DNA of 64,000 bases from Patescibacteria group bacterium (GTDB lineage Bacteria; Patescibacteriota; Patescibacteriia; Patescibacteriales; UBA12465). The notes beneath the pieces are model-generated. The model did no database searches and was not told where the DNA came from. It worked only from the letters and a program-made list of their open reading frames with translations. Below are positions 1 to 9,250 of this stretch, piece after piece (positions within the stretch are counted from its first letter, which is position 1; each line of letters begins with the position of its first letter). The stretch lies in the NCBI GenBank assembly GCA_041664445.1, contig JBAYKT010000005.1, positions 7,438 through 71,437 on the forward strand. The letters run 5' to 3'. The position numbers and the translations under genes were made by a program.

Positions 1-50
1 TTTAAACTAATTTGGCTATGGAATGTTTCTAGTAATAACAACGGAAAAAC

Positions 51-81
51 AAAAAACCGCCCCAATCGGGACGGTTTTTTT
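51..81 (-). terminator. Rho-independent hairpin terminating rplL (bidirectional shape)
   Basis: CCGCCCC-AATC-GGGACGG stem-loop (one mismatch) bracketed by an A-run and a T-run, about 20 nt past the rplL stop. Confidence 0.6.
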
Positions 82-101
82 ATCTTTAAGAGAGAAACCT
101 A

Positions 102-500
102 TTATTTCAAAGTTACTTTGCCTCCAGCTTCTTCCAATTTTTTCTTAATTGCTTCGGCTTCTTCTTTCTTAACGCCTTCCTTTAATACCTTAGGAGCGGC
201 ATCAACTAAATCTTTAGCTTCTTTAAGACCCATTTCAGTCAATTCGCGAACAACTTTGATGACGGCAATCTTATTGGCGCCAGCTTCAGTTAATTCAACA
301 TCGAAGCTATCTTTCTCTTCAACAGCGGCGCCAGCGGCAGCCGGAGCCATCATCATGGCTGGGGCGGAAGCGGAAACACCAAACTTGTCTTCAAGAATAG
401 AAACTAATTCAGCTAAATCTAAAACACTCATTTTTTCGATTTCGCTAACCAATTTCACAAACTTTTCTGGGACGACAACGTCCTTTTTTTCTTCACTCAT
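102..500 (-). CDS. rplL: 50S ribosomal protein bL12 (L7/L12)
   Basis: 132 aa. N-terminal dimerisation helix, Ala/Pro hinge ([14 protein letters not shown]), C-terminal [17 protein letters not shown] motif. Immediately downstream of rplJ. Confidence 0.95.
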   Translation of the reverse strand: MSEEKKDVVVPEKFVKLVSEIEKMSVLDLAELVSILEDKFGVSASAPAMMMAPAAAGAAVEEKDSFDVELTEAGANKIAVIKVVRELTEMGLKEAKDLVDAAPKVLKEGVKKEEAEAIKKKLEEAGGKVTLK

Positions 501-540
501 AGTTTTAAAATTAATTTTTTATATTTTAATTAATGATTAA

Positions 541-1071
541 TTATTTCTTCTCGCTGATGGCTTTTAAGACGCCAACAAAATTTCTTAAGTTGCCGGCTAA
601 AACATTAACGAAGCCGGAAATTGGCGCATTCATAGAACCGACCAACTTGGCATACAATTCTTGCTTGCTTGGTAATTTAGCTAAAGCCTCAACCTGTTCT
701 TTGGATAATAATTTATTTTCCAAAATACCGCCCAAAAAGATAATTTTATTCTCTTTTTCTTTATCCTTACGGAATTCGCCTAAAATCTTGGCTGGAGAAA
801 TTTCGTCTTCATAAGAGAAGATAGCGGCAATTTTTCCGTCAAAATCTCTGGCATTTAGACTTTCAACATTCTGATCCTTAAAAGCGATATTCATTAAGGT
901 CTTCTTGGCAACGTAATATTCGTTGTTTTCAGCAATCAATTTCGCGCGTAAATTTTCATTATCCTTAACCCCGAAGGCGTTAAAACCAGCGAAGATAACA
1001 GATTTTGATTTCTTAATTTTTTCGCTTAAATTGCGTAAAATTTCTTGTTTTTGAATCTTATTCTTTGGCAT
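541..1071 (-). CDS. rplJ: 50S ribosomal protein uL10
   Basis: 176 aa. Typical L10 N-terminus (KQEIL..L.EKIKKSKSVIFAGF.G..V.....LR) and the classical rplJ-rplL order. Confidence 0.9.
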   Translation of the reverse strand: MPKNKIQKQEILRNLSEKIKKSKSVIFAGFNAFGVKDNENLRAKLIAENNEYYVAKKTLMNIAFKDQNVESLNARDFDGKIAAIFSYEDEISPAKILGEFRKDKEKENKIIFLGGILENKLLSKEQVEALAKLPSKQELYAKLVGSMNAPISGFVNVLAGNLRNFVGVLKAISEKK

Positions 1072-1192
1072 ATAATAAAAAAATCTGTGGTACCACAGAA
1101 GTAAAAGCGCTTAAAGTAAGCGGATATTACCTCGGCAAGATTTACGGCCGAAGTGGCCACTTGCTGTCTGCGGTATCTTTAGTTATGCGTAT
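1072..1192 (-). promoter_or_regulatory. rplJ 5' leader with hairpins and an attenuator-like terminator (L10-leader candidate)
   Basis: About 120-nt transcribed leader between the promoter and the ATG. GGCC-ACUUC-GGCC hairpin nested in a GCAAG/CUUGC stem. CUGUGG-UA-CCACAG followed by AUUUUUUU just before the start codon. Confidence 0.45.
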
Positions 1193-1220
1193 ATAATAGC
1201 AGCTTATATATATTTGTCAA
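1193..1220 (-). promoter_or_regulatory. sigma70-type promoter of rplJL
   Basis: Minus strand TTGACA-16 nt-TATTAT. Confidence 0.6.
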
Positions 1221-1241
1221 GGCTAAACTCTAATTCCCGGT

Positions 1242-1270
1242 TTGACAAAATAGAGCTAAAATACTAGGAT
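1242..1270 (+). promoter_or_regulatory. sigma70-type promoter of the 1318..2798 operon
   Basis: TTGACA-17 nt-TAGGAT. AAGGAGG Shine-Dalgarno about 8 nt before ATG 1318. Confidence 0.55.
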
Positions 1271-1317
1271 AAAAGCAATTAACCAGAAATCTAACGTTCT
1301 TTAAAAAGGAGGTAATT

Positions 1318-1764
1318 ATGCGATACAATTTATTGCTTTCATTATTTGCCGGTTTAATTATCGGAGCAATATCAGGAATGATTTTTTATATTATTCCTGC
1401 GAAAATGCTGATTTGCAGCAATCTTTCATTTGACACGCTCTTAATCCCTGATGATCTCTATCGATTTATCATTAAGGAAACTATCACCTGGGGCTTAATT
1501 CCGGGTTTGATTATTGGCTTTTTAGGAGGCCTAAACACTGATGCCACTCTACCTAGGGGGCACTTGTCTAAGGCCATTACTTCTCTTAGCGCCTTAGTTT
1601 GTGCGATTATTGCCTGGATTACGCAATGGAGTTTTTTAGCGGAAGCCTCGGCCGGATATATTGCAGTTTCAGTGGTAGTCACCATCTTGATGATGCCTAT
1701 TTCCATTTTTTTTGGCGACATCTTGTCATTTATTGAAGCAATTAGAGACGGAGGTGTATCATGA
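1318..1764 (+). CDS. hypothetical integral membrane protein
   Basis: 148 aa with about 4 hydrophobic segments. Strong SD. ATGA overlap with the next gene. Confidence 0.6.
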   Translation: MRYNLLLSLFAGLIIGAISGMIFYIIPAKMLICSNLSFDTLLIPDDLYRFIIKETITWGLIPGLIIGFLGGLNTDATLPRGHLSKAITSLSALVCAIIAWITQWSFLAEASAGYIAVSVVVTILMMPISIFFGDILSFIEAIRDGGVS

Positions 1765-2798
1765 CGGAAATGATAGAATTTACGACCTGTGGGGTTATGC
1801 TGATTTGCAGCTTAATTATCGCTCATAACTGGGCGAAATATGGCTTGCTAGAAGTCGGCATTCAAAAACCAGCCAATATGTCGGTCATTATGGCCGCCTT
1901 TGTCGGGATGACGAGCTATCTGATAGCTGGTTTACTGCAAAAGCACTATGAACTTAAATTCAGTTTTTTAACTGGAGACAATCTCAGGCAAGCTAGTTTG
2001 GTTATGTTGGGAGTTCCCTTCGCTTGGCTAATTTTGAAACGTAATTTATTTATGCCCAAGGGGCAGTTTAACTACAATCGGGCAATTATCAGAACGACTC
2101 ATTGGAGTTTAACGAGTTACCGACCGGGAGAAAAATTAGCTGAACAAGGTGATATTTTGAGAAGTTTTGGGATAGCCATCAAAACTCTTGAGTATTTTAA
2201 AGAAGCGATTGCGGTCCAGGAAAAAGGCGTGTCTACGGTTTCAGACGCTTCCCCAAAAGTTATCAATTTGGAAACAGTGGAACTCAGCCACAGAAACACT
2301 GTTCACTCTTCTTGCCCGGTCTGCTGTATGCCAATCGAAGCTCCCTACTATGCCCCCAAAGGCGTAACGGCGGTCTGCAATTATTGCGGCAAGACCATCA
2401 CGGCCAAAAGTATTAATGGCAAACTGTATATCAATTCACTAAACGGGAAAATAGTTATTCATAAAGTTTTGCCGCGTAATAAATTAAACATCGCGACTGC
2501 TTATGAAGAGATGGGCTTTTTATACCGCATAATGAATCGTTTTAACGAGGCCCAAGAAGCTTTTGATCAAGCAGTTTTTGGTATTAATGATTTATTAAAG
2601 TCCGACCCCGATAACCTTGAATATCTGAGGTTAAAATCTCTAATTTTCTTCCGTAAAGCGGAGGCTTATCAAGCCGAAGGCTTTAAAAACATGGCTAAAA
2701 AGTTTTACGAAGATTGTGTCCTTATCGACCAAAAAACTGATGCCAGCGAGCAAGAGCGAAAAATCGTTACCGAATTATTACTTAAACTTGAAGATTAA
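1761..2798 (+). CDS. membrane protein with zinc-ribbon and C-terminal TPR-like repeats
   Basis: 345 aa. N-terminal TM segments, CPVC-x22-CNYC zinc-ribbon motif, TPR-like AYEEMGFLYRIMNRFNEAQEAFDQAV. Confidence 0.55.
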   Translation: MTEMIEFTTCGVMLICSLIIAHNWAKYGLLEVGIQKPANMSVIMAAFVGMTSYLIAGLLQKHYELKFSFLTGDNLRQASLVMLGVPFAWLILKRNLFMPKGQFNYNRAIIRTTHWSLTSYRPGEKLAEQGDILRSFGIAIKTLEYFKEAIAVQEKGVSTVSDASPKVINLETVELSHRNTVHSSCPVCCMPIEAPYYAPKGVTAVCNYCGKTITAKSINGKLYINSLNGKIVIHKVLPRNKLNIATAYEEMGFLYRIMNRFNEAQEAFDQAVFGINDLLKSDPDNLEYLRLKSLIFFRKAEAYQAEGFKNMAKKFYEDCVLIDQKTDASEQERKIVTELLLKLED

Positions 2799-2813
2799 AG
2801 TTAAAAACCACAA

Positions 2814-2848
2814 CAAAAAACCTGGAAACAAAGTCCAGGTTTTTTTAT
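2814..2848. terminator. bidirectional Rho-independent terminator
   Basis: A7-CCTGGA-N8-TCCAGG-T7 between convergent genes. Confidence 0.75.
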
Positions 2849-2868
2849 TTGAGATTTTAAGATTGAAG

Positions 2869-5800
2869 TTAGTTAATCTCCAAAATCGGTTGGCCAATAT
2901 ATTTTAAAAGCTCTTTTAAAGTCTTAATATGAACCAATTCCCCGTTCTTCACGACGTAAATTTTAGGGTTGCCATGATGACGAACTAAAGTGCCGTCTAC
3001 ATACTTCTGAACTCCCAAAACCTGGGAATAAGCGGCAATCACGCCGTCGGTAACGACTATGGTTATCGCCCCTCTATATTTAAAGAGTTCCTTTAAATTA
3101 ACGATGTGTTTAATGGTGGTTTCACCAGTTACGACATAAATTTTGCCGTTAGTCTTGGAGCGTAATAAAGTGCCAATGGCATATTTTTGAACGCCTAAGA
3201 CCTGCTGTTGACCGCCATTGTTTTCTTTGGGATTAACATTTTCTCCAGTTCCATTATTTTCTGTAGAAGCCCCATTTGTACAAGCGCGAGATAAAGCAAT
3301 TTGTTGTTCGGTGTTTAAAGAACAACTGGCTGAAGAACGGCTTAAGATGGTTCTAATCTGAAAACCGTTAGTACAGGCACCCCAATCACCATAAACAACA
3401 GATGAACAAGTACTAGGCGCTGAACCGCCGCCGCCGCTACTAATTACGCTTTGTGTATAAGTAACGAAAGTAGAAAAATGTTTAGTATAAACAACTAAAT
3501 CACTGCCTACATCCATTTTACAGCTACCGCCATCTACAAAAACGTTGCCACCATTGATAGTTGTAGTGTTGGTATCTAAATCACAAATATCGGTAATTTC
3601 CGTAAATACGTTAGCCTGATTATACCAACCGATATGTTTTCCTGCCTGGTTAGAAAAGCTTAACTTTACAGCCTTGTCAAAAGTTAAATCGCTAACACTA
3701 GAACCAATAGCAATTGCGGAAGTAACGGTTGTGTTATATCCAGAAATAGTAACAGTTTTTGTAGTGGCTGTAGGGTTAGATACTGTTCCATCCCAAGATA
3801 AATTTCCAGTTATGGTTGTGCCTGATTGAATATCGGAAGTAACAGTAACGCCGCCATCAGAAGTAGTCTGGGTATTGTCAGATGAGGTTGTAATACTATT
3901 ATTATCACCATCAGAAAGTAATGTCATTGTCTCATTGACATACCAAGGACTAGCAGTTACATAATCAGACACTAAACCACTAGCTGGGCCGGAATCTGCG
4001 CCCCAATAATTCTTGGAAGAGTCAAGAATGTGATCTTGATCAAGATTGCGGATACTAACTCCAATAAGGCTGTTATGATTAAAAGTAATTTGAGAAGCAT
4101 CAGCGTATATTTCCGGGCTATCACACCAGTCAATACTGAAACCATATTGATCCGTCCCGGAATCGTTTGTAACATTAGAAATCTTATTTCCCGTTATTAT
4201 AACTGCTTGTGGAACATTCGTACTATTGCAAGTCGGTGTTATTTCTATCGCATGGGACCATCCAGCGGAAGTAATTTTGTCAATTTTATTATTTAAGACA
4301 CTAATACCACTGACATCTCCCTGAATCATAACCCCATAAGAACCTTTGGTCTGAGAATTAGTAATATTACTAAAAATATTATTTTCTAAATTTACATTGC
4401 TAACAACAGGACCGGCACTATATATATGGACGCCTTTAATAGTTGCGCCTCCATAAGTCGGGTTGGTAATTGTTAAACCTTTGACGGCGACCTCTCCCGA
4501 ACTAATAAGAATCTTGCCAGTAATTACAGCCGCAGCTACTGGCGTCCCAGTATTAGGATTAATGCCAGCATTAGGACCAATTAAATTAACTGGATGGGAA
4601 ATTGTAAGATTTTCGGTATATTCACCCGCTCCAATATCAATAGTATCCGCCGTTATAGCTGAACTGGCATCAATTGCCGCTTGGATACTTGAATAAATAG
4701 TATTATTCATGATAATAGAATCAGTCATCGCTTTGTTAGCCCAGATATAATAATTATTATAACCAGCAACGGTATATTTAACATATTCATCGCCGACGCT
4801 AACTGCTACTGTTGCTGTTTCAGAAACATGAGCGCCATCTGACCAAACCTGCGTATTCTCTGATAAGTTATTAGCCCCGGTAAGTGTAAAACCGGATGGC
4901 ACTGTCACCCCTGACCCCGGGTCAACATTTACTGCCCCCCAAGCATTTCCACTTGTATTAAAATTGGAAGCGGTAACGCTTGAACCGTTAACTATCATCG
5001 CGGCCCCATTGGTGTTATTAGAGATAGTAACCGTATCTAAAATAACATCATTAGCAAGATAAGTATTAATACCATGAAGATTAGTTCCTTCGTGGCCATT
5101 AATCGTAATATTTTTAACTGTTACACCGTCATGATGAATTCCTAATGCCGAGTTATTAGTGTTGTCAGTCTTAGTAAAATTCGGTGACAAAGTATAACTG
5201 TTGCCATCGATGGTTAAAGCCGCGTCTACATTTATCTGAGAGGTAGTCGTTATGTCGCCACCCAATAAAACTATGCCACCATCGCCAACATATTCTATGC
5301 TGCTTAATTGATCGGCGGTCGAAGCTAGAAGATATTTATAAACAGTTCCAGAAGACCAATTACTATGAACATAGTTATTACTACAGCTAACGTAAGTATT
5401 ACCTAAAGCTAATGATTTTTCCACCGCTGGGTCAAGATCTACCACAGCAGAGCTGCCGGTCATACTGAACCTTGATAAACTTATTCCTTCAGCAATTTGC
5501 AAAGCGCTTGATGACCAATCATTAGTGTCAGAACTGAAACCATTAAAGGTATTACCAGAAACACTATAATTGATACTTCCGTCACCATTAGGCCAGATGG
5601 TTAGACCATTCCCTACTCCGCCGCTGGCAGCTAGAGCTTCCGGATTTGGCAATTCAAATACATTGTTGGTAATAGTTGCATTTTTGGCGATAACGTCAAT
5701 TCCAGTTTTTAATGGACCATTGCCGCCGCCACGGGTATATATTTTTAAGCCATTGATAGTGACGCCATCGGTTTTAATAATAAACGAACCATATACTTCC

Positions 5801-6108
5801 GCTCCGGAAGCGCCTTCTATAGTTAAAGGTTCAGTAATTTCATAAGCAGTATAATTAGAAACGTCGCCAATAATACCATTTATAAAAATAGTATCGCCGC
5901 TGGAAGCGCTATTAAGAGCTTCCTGGATTGTCGCACAATTTGGCTCAGTTACTGTGCAAGCTGGACTAACCAGGCTACCATCAACATTCCAAGTTGTTGG
6001 CAGTGCTACAATGGCCTTAACGTTCCCTGCAAATACAAAAAAACCGCCAAACAAAAAAGCTGCGATTATGAGTAAAGCAAGGTTTTTATTTTTCAATAAA
6101 TACCTCAT
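2869..6108 (-). CDS. giant secreted parallel beta-helix (PbH1-repeat) surface protein with two C-terminal anchor-like repeats
   Basis: 1079 aa. Signal peptide (..FVFAGNVKA). Many N/G/T-rich beta-helix turns (ITINGHEGTNLHGINTY..). C-terminal tandem LGVQKY..GTL.R....KIYVV..G....HI..LKEL.KY repeats. Confidence 0.7.
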   Translation of the reverse strand: MRYLLKNKNLALLIIAAFLFGGFFVFAGNVKAIVALPTTWNVDGSLVSPACTVTEPNCATIQEALNSASSGDTIFINGIIGDVSNYTAYEITEPLTIEGASGAEVYGSFIIKTDGVTINGLKIYTRGGGNGPLKTGIDVIAKNATITNNVFELPNPEALAASGGVGNGLTIWPNGDGSINYSVSGNTFNGFSSDTNDWSSSALQIAEGISLSRFSMTGSSAVVDLDPAVEKSLALGNTYVSCSNNYVHSNWSSGTVYKYLLASTADQLSSIEYVGDGGIVLLGGDITTTSQINVDAALTIDGNSYTLSPNFTKTDNTNNSALGIHHDGVTVKNITINGHEGTNLHGINTYLANDVILDTVTISNNTNGAAMIVNGSSVTASNFNTSGNAWGAVNVDPGSGVTVPSGFTLTGANNLSENTQVWSDGAHVSETATVAVSVGDEYVKYTVAGYNNYYIWANKAMTDSIIMNNTIYSSIQAAIDASSAITADTIDIGAGEYTENLTISHPVNLIGPNAGINPNTGTPVAAAVITGKILISSGEVAVKGLTITNPTYGGATIKGVHIYSAGPVVSNVNLENNIFSNITNSQTKGSYGVMIQGDVSGISVLNNKIDKITSAGWSHAIEITPTCNSTNVPQAVIITGNKISNVTNDSGTDQYGFSIDWCDSPEIYADASQITFNHNSLIGVSIRNLDQDHILDSSKNYWGADSGPASGLVSDYVTASPWYVNETMTLLSDGDNNSITTSSDNTQTTSDGGVTVTSDIQSGTTITGNLSWDGTVSNPTATTKTVTISGYNTTVTSAIAIGSSVSDLTFDKAVKLSFSNQAGKHIGWYNQANVFTEITDICDLDTNTTTINGGNVFVDGGSCKMDVGSDLVVYTKHFSTFVTYTQSVISSGGGGSAPSTCSSVVYGDWGACTNGFQIRTILSRSSASCSLNTEQQIALSRACTNGASTENNGTGENVNPKENNGGQQQVLGVQKYAIGTLLRSKTNGKIYVVTGETTIKHIVNLKELFKYRGAITIVVTDGVIAAYSQVLGVQKYVDGTLVRHHGNPKIYVVKNGELVHIKTLKELLKYIGQPILEIN

Positions 6109-6240
6109 AATTTTTAAAAATTAATTAGCTTAAATATATATAAATTTTATTTTTAGTTTAATTATTATAACACAAACTTTTAGAATCGTAAATATTGTTA
6201 TCCAGAAAGCAGGAACAGCTTATCCACAGATAAAAAATGT

Positions 6241-7725
6241 TTAAAAAATCGCCAAAACCAACAATAATGAAATAATCCCCAGCCCGGAGAAGATGGCTTT
6301 TTTGTTTTGTTTGCGAATTTGCCAGAAGGTACTGATGCCGAGAATTAAAATAGCAAACGCAAGCATTACCTTAAAATAAATGGAGCTGGCGGCAAAAATA
6401 CTATGCAAACCCTGATTAGGATTATCCTTAAACAAACTATATTGTTCCAAAATAGAAGTCTTTTGCGGTTTAATGCTATCAGACGAAACCATAACTTGGA
6501 CAGTCTGACCGGCGCTGTCAGTTGCTAAAATAAGTGGCGGTACTTGGGAAACGCTATTATCGGTACCAGCAAAGGCGCCTTGACCGGTCCAAGTTGTTTC
6601 AGTGGCTGAACCAATAACCGCGCTGGAGGTAGCTACTGTCTCCATAGGAGCTAACACAACGTTATTGCCCCCAACTTGAGCGACAGCGCTAACCGTTTCC
6701 GCCGGCAAAGAGGCCTCAACTTTAATTACTTTTTCAGTCGACTTAGCTTCTGGCGTGGAAACAACAATTTTAGCTTCACTTAAACTAATAACCGGCATTT
6801 GTTTGGTTTTAGGAATTACAGGGGCAACCTCAGTCTGTTCAGCTAAAACCGCTTTATTCCCAGGAATCGTTGGAGTCGTTGTGGCTTCATTTTTAGCAAT
6901 TACTACTGATTTAACAACTTGGGCTGCAGTCGTCTTTTGCGGCAAACCAAAATATTGCGCGATAAAAACCGTATCGGTTTCAGAATATAAACCGCCAGCT
7001 AAAGCTACTCCGATTTGCGAATAATTACTTTCAGTTAAATTAGCATAATGCGTCGGGCTTTTCTCCCAAGCGGCCATTACTTCATTAGCATCTTTATAGC
7101 CCATGGCTAAATTTTCACCGACCGTCACGTAATTTTTATAACCAGCCAAACCTAAAAAATATTCCAAACCGCGCCCCTGCGGTGAAACGTGAGCAAAATA
7201 TTGATTTAAAAACATATCAGAGACCTTCTCGGCCGCCGCTTCGTCAAGTTTAGCATTCTCAGTTAAAGTAGTCAGTTTTAAGCTGGCCCTTAATTCATTA
7301 GTTAAAGTAATGATTTTTTGCGCTTCACCGGCCGCAATATCTGGTGTCATCCAAGCTAAGAGAGGATAGGAAGTAACAAAAATAATAACAACCACCTTAA
7401 CGGCAATTGCAGATAAAGCATGAAAAAAGACTCGTTTTGGTTTTAGGGCTCCTGGACAATAATTATTGCCGGCATGAGGAATAAATAAATCTTTCAACTT
7501 TTGCCCAGTAACAGGATGAATCCCCTTTAACACTGCCTCCCCGTCTTCAATTCCATCACCATCAGTATCCGGGTCATTCGGATCAGAGCCGAAGATATTA
7601 AGTTCGTCAAAATCCGATAGGCCGTCGCCATCAGTATCTTTGGGTCTTTTAACCCGTTTAATCGCTTTTTTGAGCGGCGTCTTTTTTATTGGTTTTTTAA
7701 CTGTTTTTTTAATATTTTTAGGCAT
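6241..7725 (-). CDS. CAP/SCP (YkwD-like) domain protein with TSP3-type Ca-binding Asp repeats, an internal hydrophobic segment and a C-terminal TM anchor
   Basis: DTDGDGLSDFDE..DPNDPDTDGDGIEDGE repeats. CAP core YFAHVSPQG..GENLA.GY...EVMAAWEKSPTHYANL. Start trimmed to MPKNIKK because the promoter -10 lies inside the longer ORF. Confidence 0.7.
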   Translation of the reverse strand: MPKNIKKTVKKPIKKTPLKKAIKRVKRPKDTDGDGLSDFDELNIFGSDPNDPDTDGDGIEDGEAVLKGIHPVTGQKLKDLFIPHAGNNYCPGALKPKRVFFHALSAIAVKVVVIIFVTSYPLLAWMTPDIAAGEAQKIITLTNELRASLKLTTLTENAKLDEAAAEKVSDMFLNQYFAHVSPQGRGLEYFLGLAGYKNYVTVGENLAMGYKDANEVMAAWEKSPTHYANLTESNYSQIGVALAGGLYSETDTVFIAQYFGLPQKTTAAQVVKSVVIAKNEATTTPTIPGNKAVLAEQTEVAPVIPKTKQMPVISLSEAKIVVSTPEAKSTEKVIKVEASLPAETVSAVAQVGGNNVVLAPMETVATSSAVIGSATETTWTGQGAFAGTDNSVSQVPPLILATDSAGQTVQVMVSSDSIKPQKTSILEQYSLFKDNPNQGLHSIFAASSIYFKVMLAFAILILGISTFWQIRKQNKKAIFSGLGIISLLLVLAIF

Positions 7726-7742
7726 ATTTTCAATTACCCCCA

Positions 7743-7771
7743 ATATTATCACAATTTTTATGTATTGTCAA
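7743..7771 (-). promoter_or_regulatory. sigma70-type promoter of the CAP-domain gene
   Basis: Minus strand TTGACA-17 nt-TAATAT, back to back with the plus-strand promoter. Confidence 0.65.
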
Positions 7772-7779
7772 AAATAGCC

Positions 7780-7808
7780 TTGACATCTTCCTTTTTTTCT
7801 GGTAAGTT
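7780..7808 (+). promoter_or_regulatory. sigma70-type promoter of the HAD gene pair
   Basis: TTGACA-17 nt-TAAGTT. Confidence 0.55.
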
Positions 7809-7876
7809 TTTAGAACGTTATTTTGTTTCTTTGAAAAATAAATATACATATATATTAACTTAAAAAACCCTTAGTC

Positions 7877-8611
7877 ATGGACTTGGAACAAAAAAAGTTT
7901 TTTATTTTCGATCTGGACGGCGTCCTGATTGATAGCACTCGGCTTAGTTGCCAAAAGGTGGACATTATTTTAGAACGTCTCGGCCTACCAACTATTCCCC
8001 GCCCGTTTTTAATTAAACACTGGGGCGTAAAATTGCCGGACTTATTTGATTTGGTTGGGGCTCAAGTTGGCGCCTCACCAACACAAATAAAGGCGATGAA
8101 CGAAATGGAGCCTGTAGTCTCTCTTGAACTACCTTATAAGTTTCCACGTGAGACTTTTGAATCCCTCTTAAATTTGCGGATGTTTGAATACTATGTGGGG
8201 TTACTAACTAACCGCAGCAACTCAAGCTTGCAGCAAGTTATGACACAGGCTAAAATACCCGAGAAATTGTTCAACAAAATTCAGACAACCGACCATTGGC
8301 AACACCACAAACCTAGCGGCCGCGCTTTCGGACCCTTCGCTAACTGGGCTACTTCTCATGGCTTTAAACCGGAACACATGGTTTATTTCGGAGATACTAT
8401 TTCCCAAGACCTGCGGGCAACCCAGAACTACGAATGGCCGATTGACTTCGTCGGTGTTGTTTCTGGTGTTAACACTCGGGAAGAATTCTTAGAAGCCGGT
8501 GTCCAATCATGCCGCATCGTTGACTTTGTCGATTTACCTATTTTTTTAAATAAGATAATGCGGCAAAAAACTGAAATTCAATCAAAATTAAAAACCAAAG
8601 TAAAAATTTAA
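7877..8611 (+). CDS. HAD-superfamily phosphatase (catalytically intact)
   Basis: 244 aa. Motif I FIFDLDGVLIDS, motif II LLTNRS, motif IV YFGDTISQD. Confidence 0.75.
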   Translation: MDLEQKKFFIFDLDGVLIDSTRLSCQKVDIILERLGLPTIPRPFLIKHWGVKLPDLFDLVGAQVGASPTQIKAMNEMEPVVSLELPYKFPRETFESLLNLRMFEYYVGLLTNRSNSSLQQVMTQAKIPEKLFNKIQTTDHWQHHKPSGRAFGPFANWATSHGFKPEHMVYFGDTISQDLRATQNYEWPIDFVGVVSGVNTREEFLEAGVQSCRIVDFVDLPIFLNKIMRQKTEIQSKLKTKVKI

Positions 8612-8613
8612 AG

Positions 8614-9102
8614 ATGAAAAAGAAATTATTGATTTTCCGATTCGAAAATGTCTTAATAGACATTACCCCTGGACAGTATTATATCCAAAAAAAATTATGG
8701 GAACTCCTCAGGGAGTTAAAAAAAGATGGCTATCAATTAATATTAACGACTAGCCTGGGGTTTGAAAGCACGCTGAGGGCCGTAACCTCAATGAGTGAAG
8801 TGAGCGAGACTATTCACACCCATTTTGATAAATTAATCTCCTCGCATCAACCTGACCGTCAACTTGACGAACCTCTCCGCTTCGCTGAAAAAAATAAAAT
8901 TGAATTAGACGAAATTGTCTATTTCGGAAATTATTACAGCGATTACCAAGCTGCGCAAAAAGCAGGAATTGATTTTATCGGCGTAATTGACCATTTGGCA
9001 GAAACGCAATTGTTAAACAAAATCCTGCCTGATGAAAAGCGTGTCCACCCGATTCTATTTGAAGAATTTTTGAGTCAATATTTAGAACTAACAACAGTTT
9101 AA
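8614..9102 (+). CDS. HAD-like paralogue lacking the motif-I aspartates (pseudo-phosphatase candidate)
   Basis: 162 aa. Aligns to the upstream HAD (LIFRFENVLIDI vs FIFDLDGVLIDS; YFGNYYSDY..AGIDFIGV vs YFGDTISQD..PIDFVGV). Confidence 0.6.
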   Translation: MKKKLLIFRFENVLIDITPGQYYIQKKLWELLRELKKDGYQLILTTSLGFESTLRAVTSMSEVSETIHTHFDKLISSHQPDRQLDEPLRFAEKNKIELDEIVYFGNYYSDYQAAQKAGIDFIGVIDHLAETQLLNKILPDEKRVHPILFEEFLSQYLELTTV

Positions 9103-9147
9103 AAATATAGCCGGTATTTATCGGTTATGCACACACTTATTTTCCGA

Positions 9148-9177
9148 GCCGCTTCCCCTAAAGAAGCGGCTTTTTTC
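9148..9177 (+). terminator. Rho-independent terminator
   Basis: GCCGCTTC-N7-GAAGCGGC followed by T6. Confidence 0.8.
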
Positions 9178-9178
9178 T

Positions 9179-9207
9179 TTGACAATTGAAACTTCTGGTA
9201 TTAATAT
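9179..9207 (+). promoter_or_regulatory. sigma70-type promoter of the third HAD-like gene
   Basis: TTGACA-17 nt-TAATAT. Confidence 0.7.
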
Positions 9208-9250
9208 AGAAAAATTGGAACTTTAACAATTAACCCTTAAATAACTGGAA

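Noticed and set aside
118-814. ORF-track entries antisense to rplL/rplJ (118..540, 533..814). Many similar shadow ORFs lie opposite long genes, for example 3972..4696, 5570..5845, 6755..7024, 11746..13233, 17751..18195, 19439..19621, 20513..20695, 21714..22500, 24436..24753, 29270..29509, 34993..35802, 50287..51327 and 63397..63654.
   Set aside because: Each lies fully inside a longer ORF on the opposite strand, or overlapping it in another frame on the same strand (e.g. 3972..4175, 21714..22013). That longer ORF has clear family signatures. They have low-complexity or odd composition and no independent start signals, so they are treated as non-coding shadows.
6198-6228. A perfect DnaA box TTATCCACA (6220..6228) and a one-mismatch box TTATCCAGA (6198..6206), next to a ~90-nt stretch that is very AT-rich: a possible oriC
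   Set aside because: There are only two boxes. There is no dnaA/dnaN nearby and no change of gene-strand bias around the site. The AT-rich stretch also serves as the promoter region of the beta-helix gene. Probably chance, or a DnaA-titrating or regulatory site at most.
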